Shown here in pieces: positions 20,109-29,279 of a stretch of DNA of 64,000 bases. Both the position numbers and the translations under genes were made by a program. The stretch comes from a phage: the sequence record PZ452598.1, one strand, 5' to 3'. The notes beneath the pieces were generated by a model, which was not told the origin of the DNA, did no database searches, and saw only the letters and a program-made list of their open reading frames with translations. The stretch's first letter is position 1. Each line of letters opens with the position of its first letter.

Positions 20109-20231
20109 GTCCCATCTCCATATCAATTAAGTCATTTATCGTTGGTTCATTATACACCGTTTCTTCATCAGTGTAAACCGGTTCTTCCGGCTCTGGCTCT
20201 ACAGTTTCCCATCTAGCCGCCCACCAAGGTT

Positions 20232-20552
20232 TTATAGCGTAATCCATTCTCGTACTGTCTGAGTTACTACACGTTCTCGAAGCTCAACCAGTTCAACAGT
20301 AGGAACTGCATAATACCAGTCAGAATGGTAAGAACCTGAGCGAGATTCATTTACAGCCACATGTACATTATGTTTTGGACTAAAATAAACACACTGACGA
20401 TATTGGCATTTACCATCTTGCACCCAGTCTTCTATTTCGATAGGTTTAAGATAGTCGGAAAAATCGAAATCATAGTTTTCCGAAAATGCATCATGGTCTT
20501 CAATGATTTCGCTCAGAACTGCATCAACATCTAATTTATTTTCAATATTCAT
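20232..20552 (-). CDS. hypothetical acidic protein (49.x region)
   Basis: 106-aa ORF. Confidence 0.55.
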   Translation of the reverse strand: MNIENKLDVDAVLSEIIEDHDAFSENYDFDFSDYLKPIEIEDWVQDGKCQYRQCVYFSPKHNVHVAVNESRSGSYHSDWYYAVPTVELVELRERVVTQTVREWITL

Positions 20553-20857
20553 TTTTCACACCACCAACTGCTTACTTCAAAATCGGGTTCGCCATGTTCC
20601 CAGAACCAGGGGCCGATAGGAATCCACTTACCTTCATCGGTGACGTCATATTCTTCGGATTTAAGCCCAACGTATCGCCATTCGACTTCATAAGCGGTAC
20701 CACCGATTACAACTGTGTTCTCGCCATACGGGTTAGACACAACAAAGTCTATACCTTCTGCTTTAGCTAACCAAATCATGTATTCATAGAGTTTATATTC
20801 CAGGTCGCCTTCTGTTCCATCGCCTAGAAAAATAATTTGTTCATTTAATTCTATCAT
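20549..20857 (-). CDS. hypothetical protein (49.x region)
   Basis: 102-aa ORF. ATGA-type overlaps with both neighbours. Confidence 0.55.
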   Translation of the reverse strand: MIELNEQIIFLGDGTEGDLEYKLYEYMIWLAKAEGIDFVVSNPYGENTVVIGGTAYEVEWRYVGLKSEEYDVTDEGKWIPIGPWFWEHGEPDFEVSSWWCEK

Positions 20858-21117
20858 TTAAAGTATTCCCGCAATTGGTCAAATCCACCAATATGACTTC
20901 CATCAGGAGCAAATACCTGAGGCATTGTTAAGCCGATTTGAGTATCACGACCTAGTTTAGTCAGAAGCTCAGCAATTTTCTCATCATCAAAAACACCTTT
21001 TTCCGGCATAATGTTGATAAATTCAAACGGCTGTTTCTTCACAGTCAAAAGACGTTTTGCATTATCGCAATACACACATTTATGAATGTTGCTATCATAA
21101 CCATATACTTTAAACAT
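20854..21117 (-). CDS. nrdC: glutaredoxin/thioredoxin NrdC
   Basis: 87-aa ORF with CVYC active site (MFKVYGYDSNIHKCVYCDNAKRLL...). Matches T4 glutaredoxin. Confidence 0.92.
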   Translation of the reverse strand: MFKVYGYDSNIHKCVYCDNAKRLLTVKKQPFEFINIMPEKGVFDDEKIAELLTKLGRDTQIGLTMPQVFAPDGSHIGGFDQLREYFK

Positions 21118-21118
21118 A

Positions 21119-21361
21119 TTATTCCTTAATTCCTAGTACTTGTTTAAAAGTCTCGTCGTAATCAAGACTTTGGCCCGTTTGTTCTTTATGCTTGTATATA
21201 ATATCACTTACTTCTGATAGCATATTTTTATATGAACGAGTTAAAGCAGATTTAAGCACGCTGTATCTATCAGGAAATTTACCGTGTTCATTATAATAAG
21301 CTATTGCTAATTCACGGACTGCCTTTTCAGCAGTCTCCATATATTCTTTACGCTTTGTCAT
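21119..21361 (-). CDS. hypothetical protein; start trimmed
   Basis: Track ORF 127 aa has an N-terminus overlapping the upstream gene. Plausible start is [15 protein letters not shown] (80 aa). Confidence 0.5.
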
Positions 21362-21662
21362 TTTCTTCTCGGTCAAATCGGTGTTTACAATGGCGACATT
21401 TATAACGAAGATTATTAGTCTGCCAATGGACCAATTGCACCTGTTCAGTTCCACATTCAGGGCAATTAGGAACGTTTTTAGAAGCCCTTTCGCGACGTTC
21501 AACCATGACCATTACAGAATCCCAATTAACAGGAGGGCTATAATCATCACAACCATAAATCTTTCCACGCATTTCCAGATCGTCTTCTTCACCAGCCATA
21601 ATAATTTTAATTAGACTAGAATTACTTGAAGCTGCAATGTCTTCTAATAGACGCTTTTTCAT
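21348..21662 (-). CDS. small zinc-ribbon protein
   Basis: 104-aa ORF with CPECG...CRHCKH cysteine pairs. Confidence 0.55.
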
Positions 21663-22585
21663 TTCAATACCTCAATAGCATTACGTAAACCATTTGCTTT
21701 GGCGGTTAAATCCTTAAGAACTTTAGTATGCTCTTCAATCTGTTTTTCAACTTCAATCAAACGGGTACTGAGATATTCGCGTTCTTCTTTCATAGTATCA
21801 TTCCCATGATTGGGCTTTGGCGTAGGTTTAAATTTATTAGGGTCCTTTAACTTAATAACAACTTTAGTTTCAAACAGTGAAAGACCATAATTCGTATTAT
21901 CATCAAAGGATTCAACTACGTCCATTTTAGACAATAACGTACGAAGATTATAAGTCAAAGAACGAATCGTTTTATTATGTTTATTAGCTTCACATGGTTT
22001 CATATATGGAAGATTTTTATATATTTCATGCGGAGCACAAACAATAATTAACAATTCAAATGGTCCATTCTGTGATGATGGAATGAATTTAGCCGTAACC
22101 CAATCTTTTACATTTACATTAATAGTACGATCATCGCCATGACAAAACAGTCTACGAGAATGCTTAAAAAGCATATTCACATTATTATTAAATTCGTGTG
22201 AAAACTCACTGGCAAATTTTTCTTTACTATCTTTAGAAAACCATTCTTCTAAATAAGTTCTTTTCACGTCGTTAATAATATTAAATGTAACAACATTATC
22301 ATTTGATACATTAGTCTCAATGTAGCTTGGATACATAAATTTTTTAACATTATTAACAGCTATCACAGAAGATAGTAATCGGGAACGTTTGAACCACTCG
22401 AGCAAAGAACCAAGAGAATGTGAATACGCATTTTGTGTATCTTTACAAATATGGTTTTCCCATCCAATATAGTCTAAAAAATCACGAAGAATATTATTGA
22501 TTACTTCTCTATGTCCTTTCTGATAATCACGATGTTTAGTAATAAGACTGTCAAAATAATCAATATAATGTTTACGAGTTTTCAT
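21659..22585 (-). CDS. paralog 1 of a 4-member tandem family; C-terminal coiled coil
   Basis: 308 aa. N-terminus MKTRKHYIDYF and a C-terminal roughly 40-aa heptad region shared with the three following ORFs. Confidence 0.7.
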   Translation of the reverse strand: MKTRKHYIDYFDSLITKHRDYQKGHREVINNILRDFLDYIGWENHICKDTQNAYSHSLGSLLEWFKRSRLLSSVIAVNNVKKFMYPSYIETNVSNDNVVTFNIINDVKRTYLEEWFSKDSKEKFASEFSHEFNNNVNMLFKHSRRLFCHGDDRTINVNVKDWVTAKFIPSSQNGPFELLIIVCAPHEIYKNLPYMKPCEANKHNKTIRSLTYNLRTLLSKMDVVESFDDNTNYGLSLFETKVVIKLKDPNKFKPTPKPNHGNDTMKEEREYLSTRLIEVEKQIEEHTKVLKDLTAKANGLRNAIEVLK

Positions 22586-22639
22586 GTTCTTCTCACTTGG
22601 TTAATGATTTATACTCCGAGCCATCCTTGGCTTTAAATT

Positions 22640-23641
22640 TTACTTAATTAACTGCAAAGCTTGTTCTAGACGATCAAGACGATTAACGGATTCTTCCCAA
22701 ATCTTTTTAGCCTGCTCATATTCTTTCTGCGCTTTATTAGAAATTTCTAGAACTTCTTTATAAGCTTTTTCTAGTGCAATAACTTCTGGACGAATTTCTA
22801 TCGGTTCAGGTGAATCATCAAGACATTCCATTAGTTCCTCAAGGGTAGTTTCTTCTTTAGGAGTATTCACAATTTCATCACATTTTTGTTGGTAAATTTC
22901 TTTACTAGTAGGTGAATAAGCACATTTCACTTCACGAAGGCTAATTACGAGTTTATATCCTTCCCAACCGCATATATTCTTAAAAGGATATGTATGAATA
23001 TTTTCTACTGTTTCCATACAAAGTAATGCGGTCTCTAATTGACGAGTTATAGTGCTAGCAATTGAGAAAAATTTATTAATATTCTTTTGGTTAGTTTCTG
23101 GTGTAAAAAATCCATAATTCACAAAAATAGATACTTTATTTTTATCAAGTTCATATTCTTTTATGATAATCATATCAGAAGCCAAAGGATGAATTTGACG
23201 ATAATCGCCATAACATAATTTAGAAGCTGATTTTAGAATTTGCTTCTTGAAAAGTCTGAAATTACTAATCCAACGACGAGTAAAAATATTCTCAGGGTCT
23301 TCTTTATTATTGAGATGATAAGAATTAACATCACCGAACCAATTATATCCTACTACATCTTTAGTTCGTTTAATTTCTTTCCCAAAATTACCAAGAATAT
23401 CCCGATTAACCAAATATGAAAGAAGACGAGACTCTTTAAAGGTTTTCTTGATAACATCTTTATCTACACGGCTAGAAATTTTACGAATTTCATGAATAAA
23501 TTTAGTAGAAGAAACAATACTTGCATCAACACTATTGAGCCACTGATTGATAATAGAAAGAACGCTATTTTGGCCAAACATCGGTATAGCTTTATCATCA
23601 ATAACGCTATTGAATGATTTGATATATTCGTTACGAGTCAT
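22640..23641 (-). CDS. paralog 2 of the tandem family; start trimmed
   Basis: Track ORF 350 aa reads through the promoter. Likely start MTRNEYIKSF with SD GAGGAG. Shares the motif FRLFKKQILKSASKL with paralog 3. Confidence 0.7.
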   Translation of the reverse strand: MTRNEYIKSFNSVIDDKAIPMFGQNSVLSIINQWLNSVDASIVSSTKFIHEIRKISSRVDKDVIKKTFKESRLLSYLVNRDILGNFGKEIKRTKDVVGYNWFGDVNSYHLNNKEDPENIFTRRWISNFRLFKKQILKSASKLCYGDYRQIHPLASDMIIIKEYELDKNKVSIFVNYGFFTPETNQKNINKFFSIASTITRQLETALLCMETVENIHTYPFKNICGWEGYKLVISLREVKCAYSPTSKEIYQQKCDEIVNTPKEETTLEELMECLDDSPEPIEIRPEVIALEKAYKEVLEISNKAQKEYEQAKKIWEESVNRLDRLEQALQLIK

Positions 23642-23659
23642 ATTAATCTCCTCAGTAGA

Positions 23660-23699
23660 AAGTAAGAACATTATACCACATCCTTGTGGCAAAGTAAAC
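23660..23699 (-). promoter_or_regulatory. T4-type early promoter
   Basis: Minus strand reads GTTTACTTTGCCACAAGGATGTGGTATAAT (-35 GTTTAC, extended -10 TGGTATAAT). Confidence 0.55.
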
Positions 23700-24721
23700 T
23701 AGTTCAGTGCATTTAGTGCATTGTTCAGTTTAGAACGTTGCTTTGTCAGATTTTGAACCCTTGACTGAGCTTGTTCTAACGCCTTTTCAGCTTCTAGCAC
23801 TTCATTGGTCGCTTTAACTAATTCAGCATCTACTGCCTTAAGAGACTTCTCAATCGCATCCGCGTGCCATTTTTCAACAGGTTTAAGACTTGGATTTTCA
23901 ACAGGAAGAAAATTCACTTTATTGAATTTCCATGCATCTTTATTACCTGAGCTATACATCCAAAATTTAGGATCGTTTGATAAGTAATTAGATAAATTTA
24001 AGTTATCTTGCACTTCTTGCTTTTTCTCTTGTGTGACTTCGTCCTTTCTCAAAAATTCATATTTAAATGAAACGATCATATCAAGTTCATATGATGTTGT
24101 ATCTAACTTAAATCGTTCAAAACGAGGTAAAATCTTAGATTGAACAGCAGCAACAACATCCATATACTTAAATGCTTCTGTCAACTGCGATTTAAGGCAT
24201 TCGCAAATTGAAAGAGAATTTTTTGTATTAGGTTTAAAGCTAATTCGTGCAGTTCTATTATTTTCTTTTAACGGTCTTACTTCCATCTGAAGAGTATAAC
24301 CATCAAATTTCAGATTCTTTAAGTTAATGTCAGAGCCTTTTAATCGACTAGCAGTAGACAAAATTTGCTTTAATTGTCTACGGAACAGAGCAATAAATCT
24401 CCATTCAATACGATAATGATTTGGATTGAAAAATCCAGATGATAAATCGACCTTACTTTGACCAACGCCTTGAACAAATAGAGGATTTTTATAATCAATA
24501 GTTTTACAGAAATCGGTGAGCTGTTCACGAGCAGTCATTTGAGTAATATACCCTGCTTTACTAAAATTACGCACCCATTCACTGCTATTCGTATACTTAA
24601 AGTGATGAATAACACGATTAACTTTATCAGGGTCTAAATTATTTTCACACAAAAATGTCATAACATCACGAGTATAGCTGGCATTACGAACCATATCTTC
24701 AATTTGAGAACGAGTTTTCAT
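23699..24721 (-). CDS. paralog 3 of the tandem family
   Basis: 340 aa. N-terminus MKTRSQIEDM, internal FRRQLKQILSTASRLKG, C-terminal coiled coil. Confidence 0.7.
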   Translation of the reverse strand: MKTRSQIEDMVRNASYTRDVMTFLCENNLDPDKVNRVIHHFKYTNSSEWVRNFSKAGYITQMTAREQLTDFCKTIDYKNPLFVQGVGQSKVDLSSGFFNPNHYRIEWRFIALFRRQLKQILSTASRLKGSDINLKNLKFDGYTLQMEVRPLKENNRTARISFKPNTKNSLSICECLKSQLTEAFKYMDVVAAVQSKILPRFERFKLDTTSYELDMIVSFKYEFLRKDEVTQEKKQEVQDNLNLSNYLSNDPKFWMYSSGNKDAWKFNKVNFLPVENPSLKPVEKWHADAIEKSLKAVDAELVKATNEVLEAEKALEQAQSRVQNLTKQRSKLNNALNALN

Positions 24722-24729
24722 GGTGTTCC

Positions 24730-25620
24730 TTAAGATTTAAGTAAATCAACAATTTTAATTAACTTTTCACGCTCAGATTTAGCTTTACTACTCAATCCAG
24801 ATAGTCTGAAAATTTCATCATCATATTGTTGAATAGAAATATTCAGCTCTTCAATTTGCTTATTAAAATAATCAATTTGTTCAGAATGTTTTTCGTTACT
24901 ACGAACTGGTACAGGTTTTGTAGGCAATTTAGTTGAACTGGATTCATTCGGGCGATAAATTAAAATGCAATTTGAACCAATCGGGCATTTAGCACCAGAT
25001 GAATATTCTAACGTTCCAGCTTCTTTTAAAACTTCAAAAGCTAAACAGAGATGATGCCCCATATTAACATAATCAGTAGAGCGAGCTCTGATGTAATAAT
25101 CATCTCCACGAGTGCTAAATTTAAAGCATTTAAGGTCTTCTGTATTATTAGTTTTAAAAATCATTTGTTTATCTAGACCTTTAGCCAATCGAGCACCTAA
25201 TGCTAATAATCGTCGTTGATTTTCCCACAAATCTGCGATCATTTGGTCAAATGATAATTTCGGCATTAGCCGACCATAAAGGTCATATCCTTTATTATAA
25301 TTGCGAAGGATTTCACTCGCATTAATACGAGACAACGCTCCAATTTTATTAAGGGCTTTCATAATACGATTAGATAAACTCATTCCAGACCCGTTTGTTC
25401 GCTGTAAATGTTTTTCTAATCCAAATCCAATATCAACTTTAAATTTATCTAAAATTTCAGCATGAACATCTCTGTCAATAACATTCAAATCCAAAGTTGG
25501 GTTAAATCTATGAAAAAATTTATCTGGCTCTCCACGACGTAAAACAGTCCATTCATTCATCATTTTTTTATTAACTAAAGATTTAATTACTGCGTTGACA
25601 TTATTAATTACTACTGACAT
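24730..25620 (-). CDS. paralog 4 of the tandem family; start trimmed
   Basis: Track ORF 304 aa uses a GTG start. ATG at 25620 (MSVVINNVN) has SD AGGAAAAT. Shares QRRLLALGARLAKG and a C-terminal coiled coil. Confidence 0.65.
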   Translation of the reverse strand: MSVVINNVNAVIKSLVNKKMMNEWTVLRRGEPDKFFHRFNPTLDLNVIDRDVHAEILDKFKVDIGFGLEKHLQRTNGSGMSLSNRIMKALNKIGALSRINASEILRNYNKGYDLYGRLMPKLSFDQMIADLWENQRRLLALGARLAKGLDKQMIFKTNNTEDLKCFKFSTRGDDYYIRARSTDYVNMGHHLCLAFEVLKEAGTLEYSSGAKCPIGSNCILIYRPNESSSTKLPTKPVPVRSNEKHSEQIDYFNKQIEELNISIQQYDDEIFRLSGLSSKAKSEREKLIKIVDLLKS

Positions 25621-25627
25621 ATTTTCC

Positions 25628-26029
25628 TCACTCAATTTTACCAATTACGCGGAATAAGATTGAACAGACTATATAAGTACCACATATAGATTGAACTAAT
25701 GCCATTCCAAAGAACCAAACAATATTATCAAACCATGTCTGTTTTACGTCGAAAGGACGTAAACTTACAGTAATATTATCACCTTTTTCTATTGAAGAAT
25801 ACATCTCTGGGGAAATATATTCACTAAATCTATAACCGTCTTTGAGTTCATATACAGCAATAAACGATAAACTAGACCCCTTTCCTTGAGTTCCTGTAAG
25901 GGTATTAACTACAGTAACATCATAATCTTTATAATGCATATAATCATTAATTGCGTAATAACCATATGCAATTACTATACATAAACAACATATCAATAAA
26001 TTCAATCTTTTAATTATCAACTGTTTCAT
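25628..26029 (-). CDS. membrane protein
   Basis: 133-aa ORF with N-terminal and C-terminal hydrophobic helices. Confidence 0.6.
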   Translation of the reverse strand: MKQLIIKRLNLLICCLCIVIAYGYYAINDYMHYKDYDVTVVNTLTGTQGKGSSLSFIAVYELKDGYRFSEYISPEMYSSIEKGDNITVSLRPFDVKQTWFDNIVWFFGMALVQSICGTYIVCSILFRVIGKIE

Positions 26030-26084
26030 AATAATCTCAATTAAAAGGGCTTAGAACCATTATACCATCCTTGGTATAAAGCGG

Positions 26085-26612
26085 TTATGCGAGTACCGTA
26101 TTTAACCGTTCTTCAAACTTCCGAAGAGTGTTCTGGCGTTCAGCTCTTTGCTTTTTGTAAGTTTCAATACGCTCTGAAATGAGAGTGTATCGTTCATTTA
26201 CTGATTCTTTCATAAAATCAGGAATTTCACGAGAAGCTTTAATCTCGTCAAATTTATCAATAACAGCTTGCTCTTCAGCAATTAAGTTATCATACATCAA
26301 AATATCTTTCTTGATGAACTCAATATCTTCTTGAGTTACACGAGATAATTTAGATGCTTTATCCTTTTTGTACTGTTCGTTAGTATCACGAGACCAGTGT
26401 AATGTACGATTTTTATTCGTATTCTTGTAAATTTCTACAATACCAATCTCATCGATAATAACGATCCAATTCCAACGGGATTTGTAAATTTGTCCTCCAT
26501 TAACAGTGATTTCACCTCCGATTGAGATGTCATTAAAGAACTTGCTTTGTGCTTCTGATTTAAATTTACCATCGTTGTAATTTACCAGGTTGAAAATATC
26601 TTTAGCGTTCAT
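26085..26612 (-). CDS. hypothetical protein; start trimmed
   Basis: Track ORF 190 aa reads through the promoter/leader. ATG MNAKDIFNLV follows SD GGAGGAA. Confidence 0.6.
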   Translation of the reverse strand: MNAKDIFNLVNYNDGKFKSEAQSKFFNDISIGGEITVNGGQIYKSRWNWIVIIDEIGIVEIYKNTNKNRTLHWSRDTNEQYKKDKASKLSRVTQEDIEFIKKDILMYDNLIAEEQAVIDKFDEIKASREIPDFMKESVNERYTLISERIETYKKQRAERQNTLRKFEERLNTVLA

Positions 26613-26629
26613 TTTGTGTTCCTCCGTAG

Positions 26630-26672
26630 TTGATAGTTGTATAGTACCACAGCTCAAACGGAAAGTAAACCG
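26630..26672 (-). promoter_or_regulatory. T4-type early promoter with conserved leader
   Basis: Minus strand reads GTTTACTTTCCGTTTGAGCTGTGGTACTATACAACTATCAACTACGGAGGAA. Confidence 0.55.
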
Positions 26673-26708
26673 GTAAAATGAAAAAAAGTCTCCCGAAGGA
26701 GACTAATG

Positions 26709-27095
26709 TTATTCGAGGGAAAGAAGATACTTACTCTGGTAAAACATTCCAGTAATATCATCTATCGTGCTTTGGATGGCTGGAGGCATTTCTTTATAAA
26801 TGCTGTTAGATTGGTCTAGTATGCGATCAATCATTTTAATTGTGTCGGTAGGAAGTTTACTGGCATCTGGAATTGAAGGCGTGTATTTTCGACCAGAATA
26901 CCCCAAATATTGCTCACCAAATTTATCAATCAAATCTGGCAACTCGGAAAAAATAAAATCGTATGCTTTGTGTCTAGCATAACTTTTAGTTTCAAAATGT
27001 GCAGAATGAAAATAAGCTTGTGCAGCCATTAATAAACCTAAGTATTCATCTGCCTTTGAAGGTTTTCCACTTTGTGAAAAGTCGCTGAATTTCAT
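26709..27095 (-). CDS. hypothetical protein (T4 rI.-1 position)
   Basis: 128-aa ORF immediately 3' of rI. Confidence 0.6.
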   Translation of the reverse strand: MKFSDFSQSGKPSKADEYLGLLMAAQAYFHSAHFETKSYARHKAYDFIFSELPDLIDKFGEQYLGYSGRKYTPSIPDASKLPTDTIKMIDRILDQSNSIYKEMPPAIQSTIDDITGMFYQSKYLLSLE

Positions 27096-27385
27096 TCAGT
27101 CTCCAATTTAATGTTCATAATTCTAGCGTATGATTGTGCCATCTCCGCGCCTCGCTCTATACATTCAAAATCAGAAGAGCACGGGTCATTTTTATAGGTC
27201 GTTCTCATAAAACTATAGAATTGTTCAGACGATTCTACGCTTTTATTTTCAAAAAGCATATAAACGTGCCTAATACCAGATTCCATAAATTTATCAAAAT
27301 GAGGATCGACATTCGCTTCAATCGATGGAGATAAAACAAATGACAATCCTAGCATGGCAAAAAGTGCTGTTGCTTTTAAGGCCAT
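27092..27385 (-). CDS. rI: lysis-inhibition regulator RI (antiholin)
   Basis: 97-aa ORF with signal-anchor N-terminus (MALKATALFAMLGLSFVLSPSIEA). Length and sequence as remembered for T4 RI. Confidence 0.85.
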   Translation of the reverse strand: MALKATALFAMLGLSFVLSPSIEANVDPHFDKFMESGIRHVYMLFENKSVESSEQFYSFMRTTYKNDPCSSDFECIERGAEMAQSYARIMNIKLETE

Positions 27386-27397
27386 AAAGGCCTCCTA

Positions 27398-27610
27398 TCA
27401 TTTTTGTCCTGTATTTACTTTGTGCCGATGCACGGCCTTAACTTTATCAAGGTATTTTTCAAAATTTCGCAATCTAGTATAGTCTGCCGGAGATTGGTTG
27501 AGTGATACTTCTCGACGCAAAGCTGAAATGATATTTCCAACTTCCCTACGAATTTCATCTAATTGAAGAACAGTAAGATTGCGAAGTTGCTTTTCAGTTA
27601 ATTGTAGCAT
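27398..27610 (-). CDS. hypothetical protein (T4 rI.1 position)
   Basis: 70-aa ORF between tk and rI. Confidence 0.55.
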
Positions 27611-27652
27611 ATATACCCCTTTAGTTAGATAAACCTATTTATAACTTTTGCA

Positions 27653-28234
27653 CTAACCGAGCTTTTTAGTTAATTCATTCCAATGTTTTCTACACAAAGA
27701 AACATAAATTTCATCACCAATACAAATTTGATTACCTTCTTTAACTGGTGTTCCATCTTCCATTAATCGAGCTGTCATAATCGCTTTTTTACCACAATGA
27801 CAAACTGCTTTTAGTTCAATAAGTTTATCTGCAATCGCTAAAAGTTCTTTAGAACCTTCAAATAATTTTCCAGCGAAATCAGTCCTTAGCCCATAAGCCA
27901 TAACAGGAACATTATATGTATCAACAATTCGGCTCAATTGATGCACCTGTTCAGTTTTTAAAAACTGAGCTTCATCTACAAATACGCAATGAATATCTTT
28001 TTGTGCTTCAGCCCATTTATAGAACTCGAAAATATCCATATCATCTGTAATAATATTCGCTTCCTGCTTAATTCCAATGCGAGAAACGACTTCACAGACA
28101 GAATCGCGAGTATCAATAGCAGGCTTAAGAACTAATACACTCATTCCACGTTCTTTATAATTATGTGCAGCAGTCAAAAGAGAAGCAGATTTTCCAGCAT
28201 TCATTGCTGCATAAGTAAAAATTAAACTCGCCAT
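27653..28234 (-). CDS. tk: thymidine kinase
   Basis: 193-aa ORF with P-loop (AAMNAGKSASLL) and Zn-finger cysteines (CHCGKK...CRKHW). Length matches T4 Tk. Confidence 0.95.
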   Translation of the reverse strand: MASLIFTYAAMNAGKSASLLTAAHNYKERGMSVLVLKPAIDTRDSVCEVVSRIGIKQEANIITDDMDIFEFYKWAEAQKDIHCVFVDEAQFLKTEQVHQLSRIVDTYNVPVMAYGLRTDFAGKLFEGSKELLAIADKLIELKAVCHCGKKAIMTARLMEDGTPVKEGNQICIGDEIYVSLCRKHWNELTKKLG

Positions 28235-28235
28235 C

Positions 28236-28424
28236 TTAGTCCTTAGTTAAATTTTCTAAATATGTTTCTAAATCATTTTCAGCTTTATCGATAGATTTTA
28301 CTAATTCGTAATATGTTTCGGCATCTCCATATTCAGAAGATATTTCAAAAGACAAATCCTTTTCTAAACTAATAATTTCACCAACTAAAAATAATATTTC
28401 GTTCTTTTGTTCGCGAGTAATCAT
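28236..28424 (-). CDS. small acidic protein (T4 tk.1 position)
   Basis: 62 aa. Paralogous to the next ORF (shared TREQKNEILFLVGEI / SKEQKDTLFSLIHEV pattern). Confidence 0.55.
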   Translation of the reverse strand: MITREQKNEILFLVGEIISLEKDLSFEISSEYGDAETYYELVKSIDKAENDLETYLENLTKD

Positions 28425-28612
28425 AAGGAATTTATATAATCAATGAGTTCTTGTTCTTTATTATCGAATTCTTTAGAAAGTTCTTCGTACTCGTTTGCGC
28501 TAAAAGGACCGCATTCATTACAAACTTTTTCCAATTCACTATTTTTATCCATAACTTCGTGGATAAGAGAAAAGAGTGTGTCTTTTTGTTCTTTGCTTAA
28601 ACTCATAACCAT
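28421..28612 (-). CDS. small acidic protein (T4 tk.2 position)
   Basis: 63 aa. Paralog of the preceding ORF. Confidence 0.55.
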   Translation of the reverse strand: MVMSLSKEQKDTLFSLIHEVMDKNSELEKVCNECGPFSANEYEELSKEFDNKEQELIDYINSL

Positions 28613-28830
28613 GTCACCTTTAAGCAGTATTCTTCTACATGCTGTTTACGACCTTTCTTATCAATAAAGGTATATTCAACGAATGTTCCAATGTAGTCTT
28701 TATCTACATCATGTGGACTATTAATTGGACATTTAGTGCGACAAATGCGTTCCCATTGACGAATAATTACTGCCTTATTCTTTGGGTCATATGGATGTGG
28801 ATAATGTATATTCATAATAATGGTTCCCAA
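28603..28830 (-). CDS. hypothetical protein (T4 tk.3 position)
   Basis: 75-aa ORF. Confidence 0.5.
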   Translation of the reverse strand: MGTIIMNIHYPHPYDPKNKAVIIRQWERICRTKCPINSPHDVDKDYIGTFVEYTFIDKKGRKQHVEEYCLKVTWL

Positions 28831-29279
28831 TCAACAATCACAATTTCTAATTTAGAGGAATATGTATCTAAAATCCCCTCAATAATATCCCAGTTCCCTT
28901 TACCTATGCCTGCACCAATCCTAGGCATATAGATTGTAGGTTTAATCAGTTTATTTTCACCAAACTCATTTAATTCTAACATACAATTCATTAAAGCGGA
29001 ATACTCAAAATTTGGCCCTGGTTGAAATTGAGTATAAAGATTGAAGCAGTAAGCTTTATGAGTCCTAAAGTATTTTTCATAGACTGAGTAAGAACCGAGT
29101 TTAGTTACATCACCCCATTCAGTCTGTAATTTATCAGCTTCCAAAATTTTAGGGAAAGCTTTGGTTAATTGACCCGCTACGCCTGAACCCATAGTATGAA
29201 AACAATTACATCCATGTGCAATATTTTTACCTTCAGCGAAAAGGGCGACAATATCGCCCTTGATATATTTTACAATCAT
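28812..29279 (-). CDS. macro-domain-like protein (DarG/TARG1-type candidate ADP-ribosyl hydrolase); T4 tk.4 position
   Basis: 155 aa. N-terminal KGDI...IAHGCNCFHTMGSGVAGQL and distal PRIGAGIGKGNWD resemble macro-domain phosphate-binding loops. No search was run. Confidence 0.55.
   Translation of the reverse strand: MIVKYIKGDIVALFAEGKNIAHGCNCFHTMGSGVAGQLTKAFPKILEADKLQTEWGDVTKLGSYSVYEKYFRTHKAYCFNLYTQFQPGPNFEYSALMNCMLELNEFGENKLIKPTIYMPRIGAGIGKGNWDIIEGILDTYSSKLEIVIVDWEPLL

Noticed and set aside
22600-22640. Possible late promoter upstream of the 21659-22585 ORF (minus strand GGAGTATAAATCATTAACC)
   Set aside because: The core reads TATAAATC rather than the TATAAATA consensus and there is no other support; not called.
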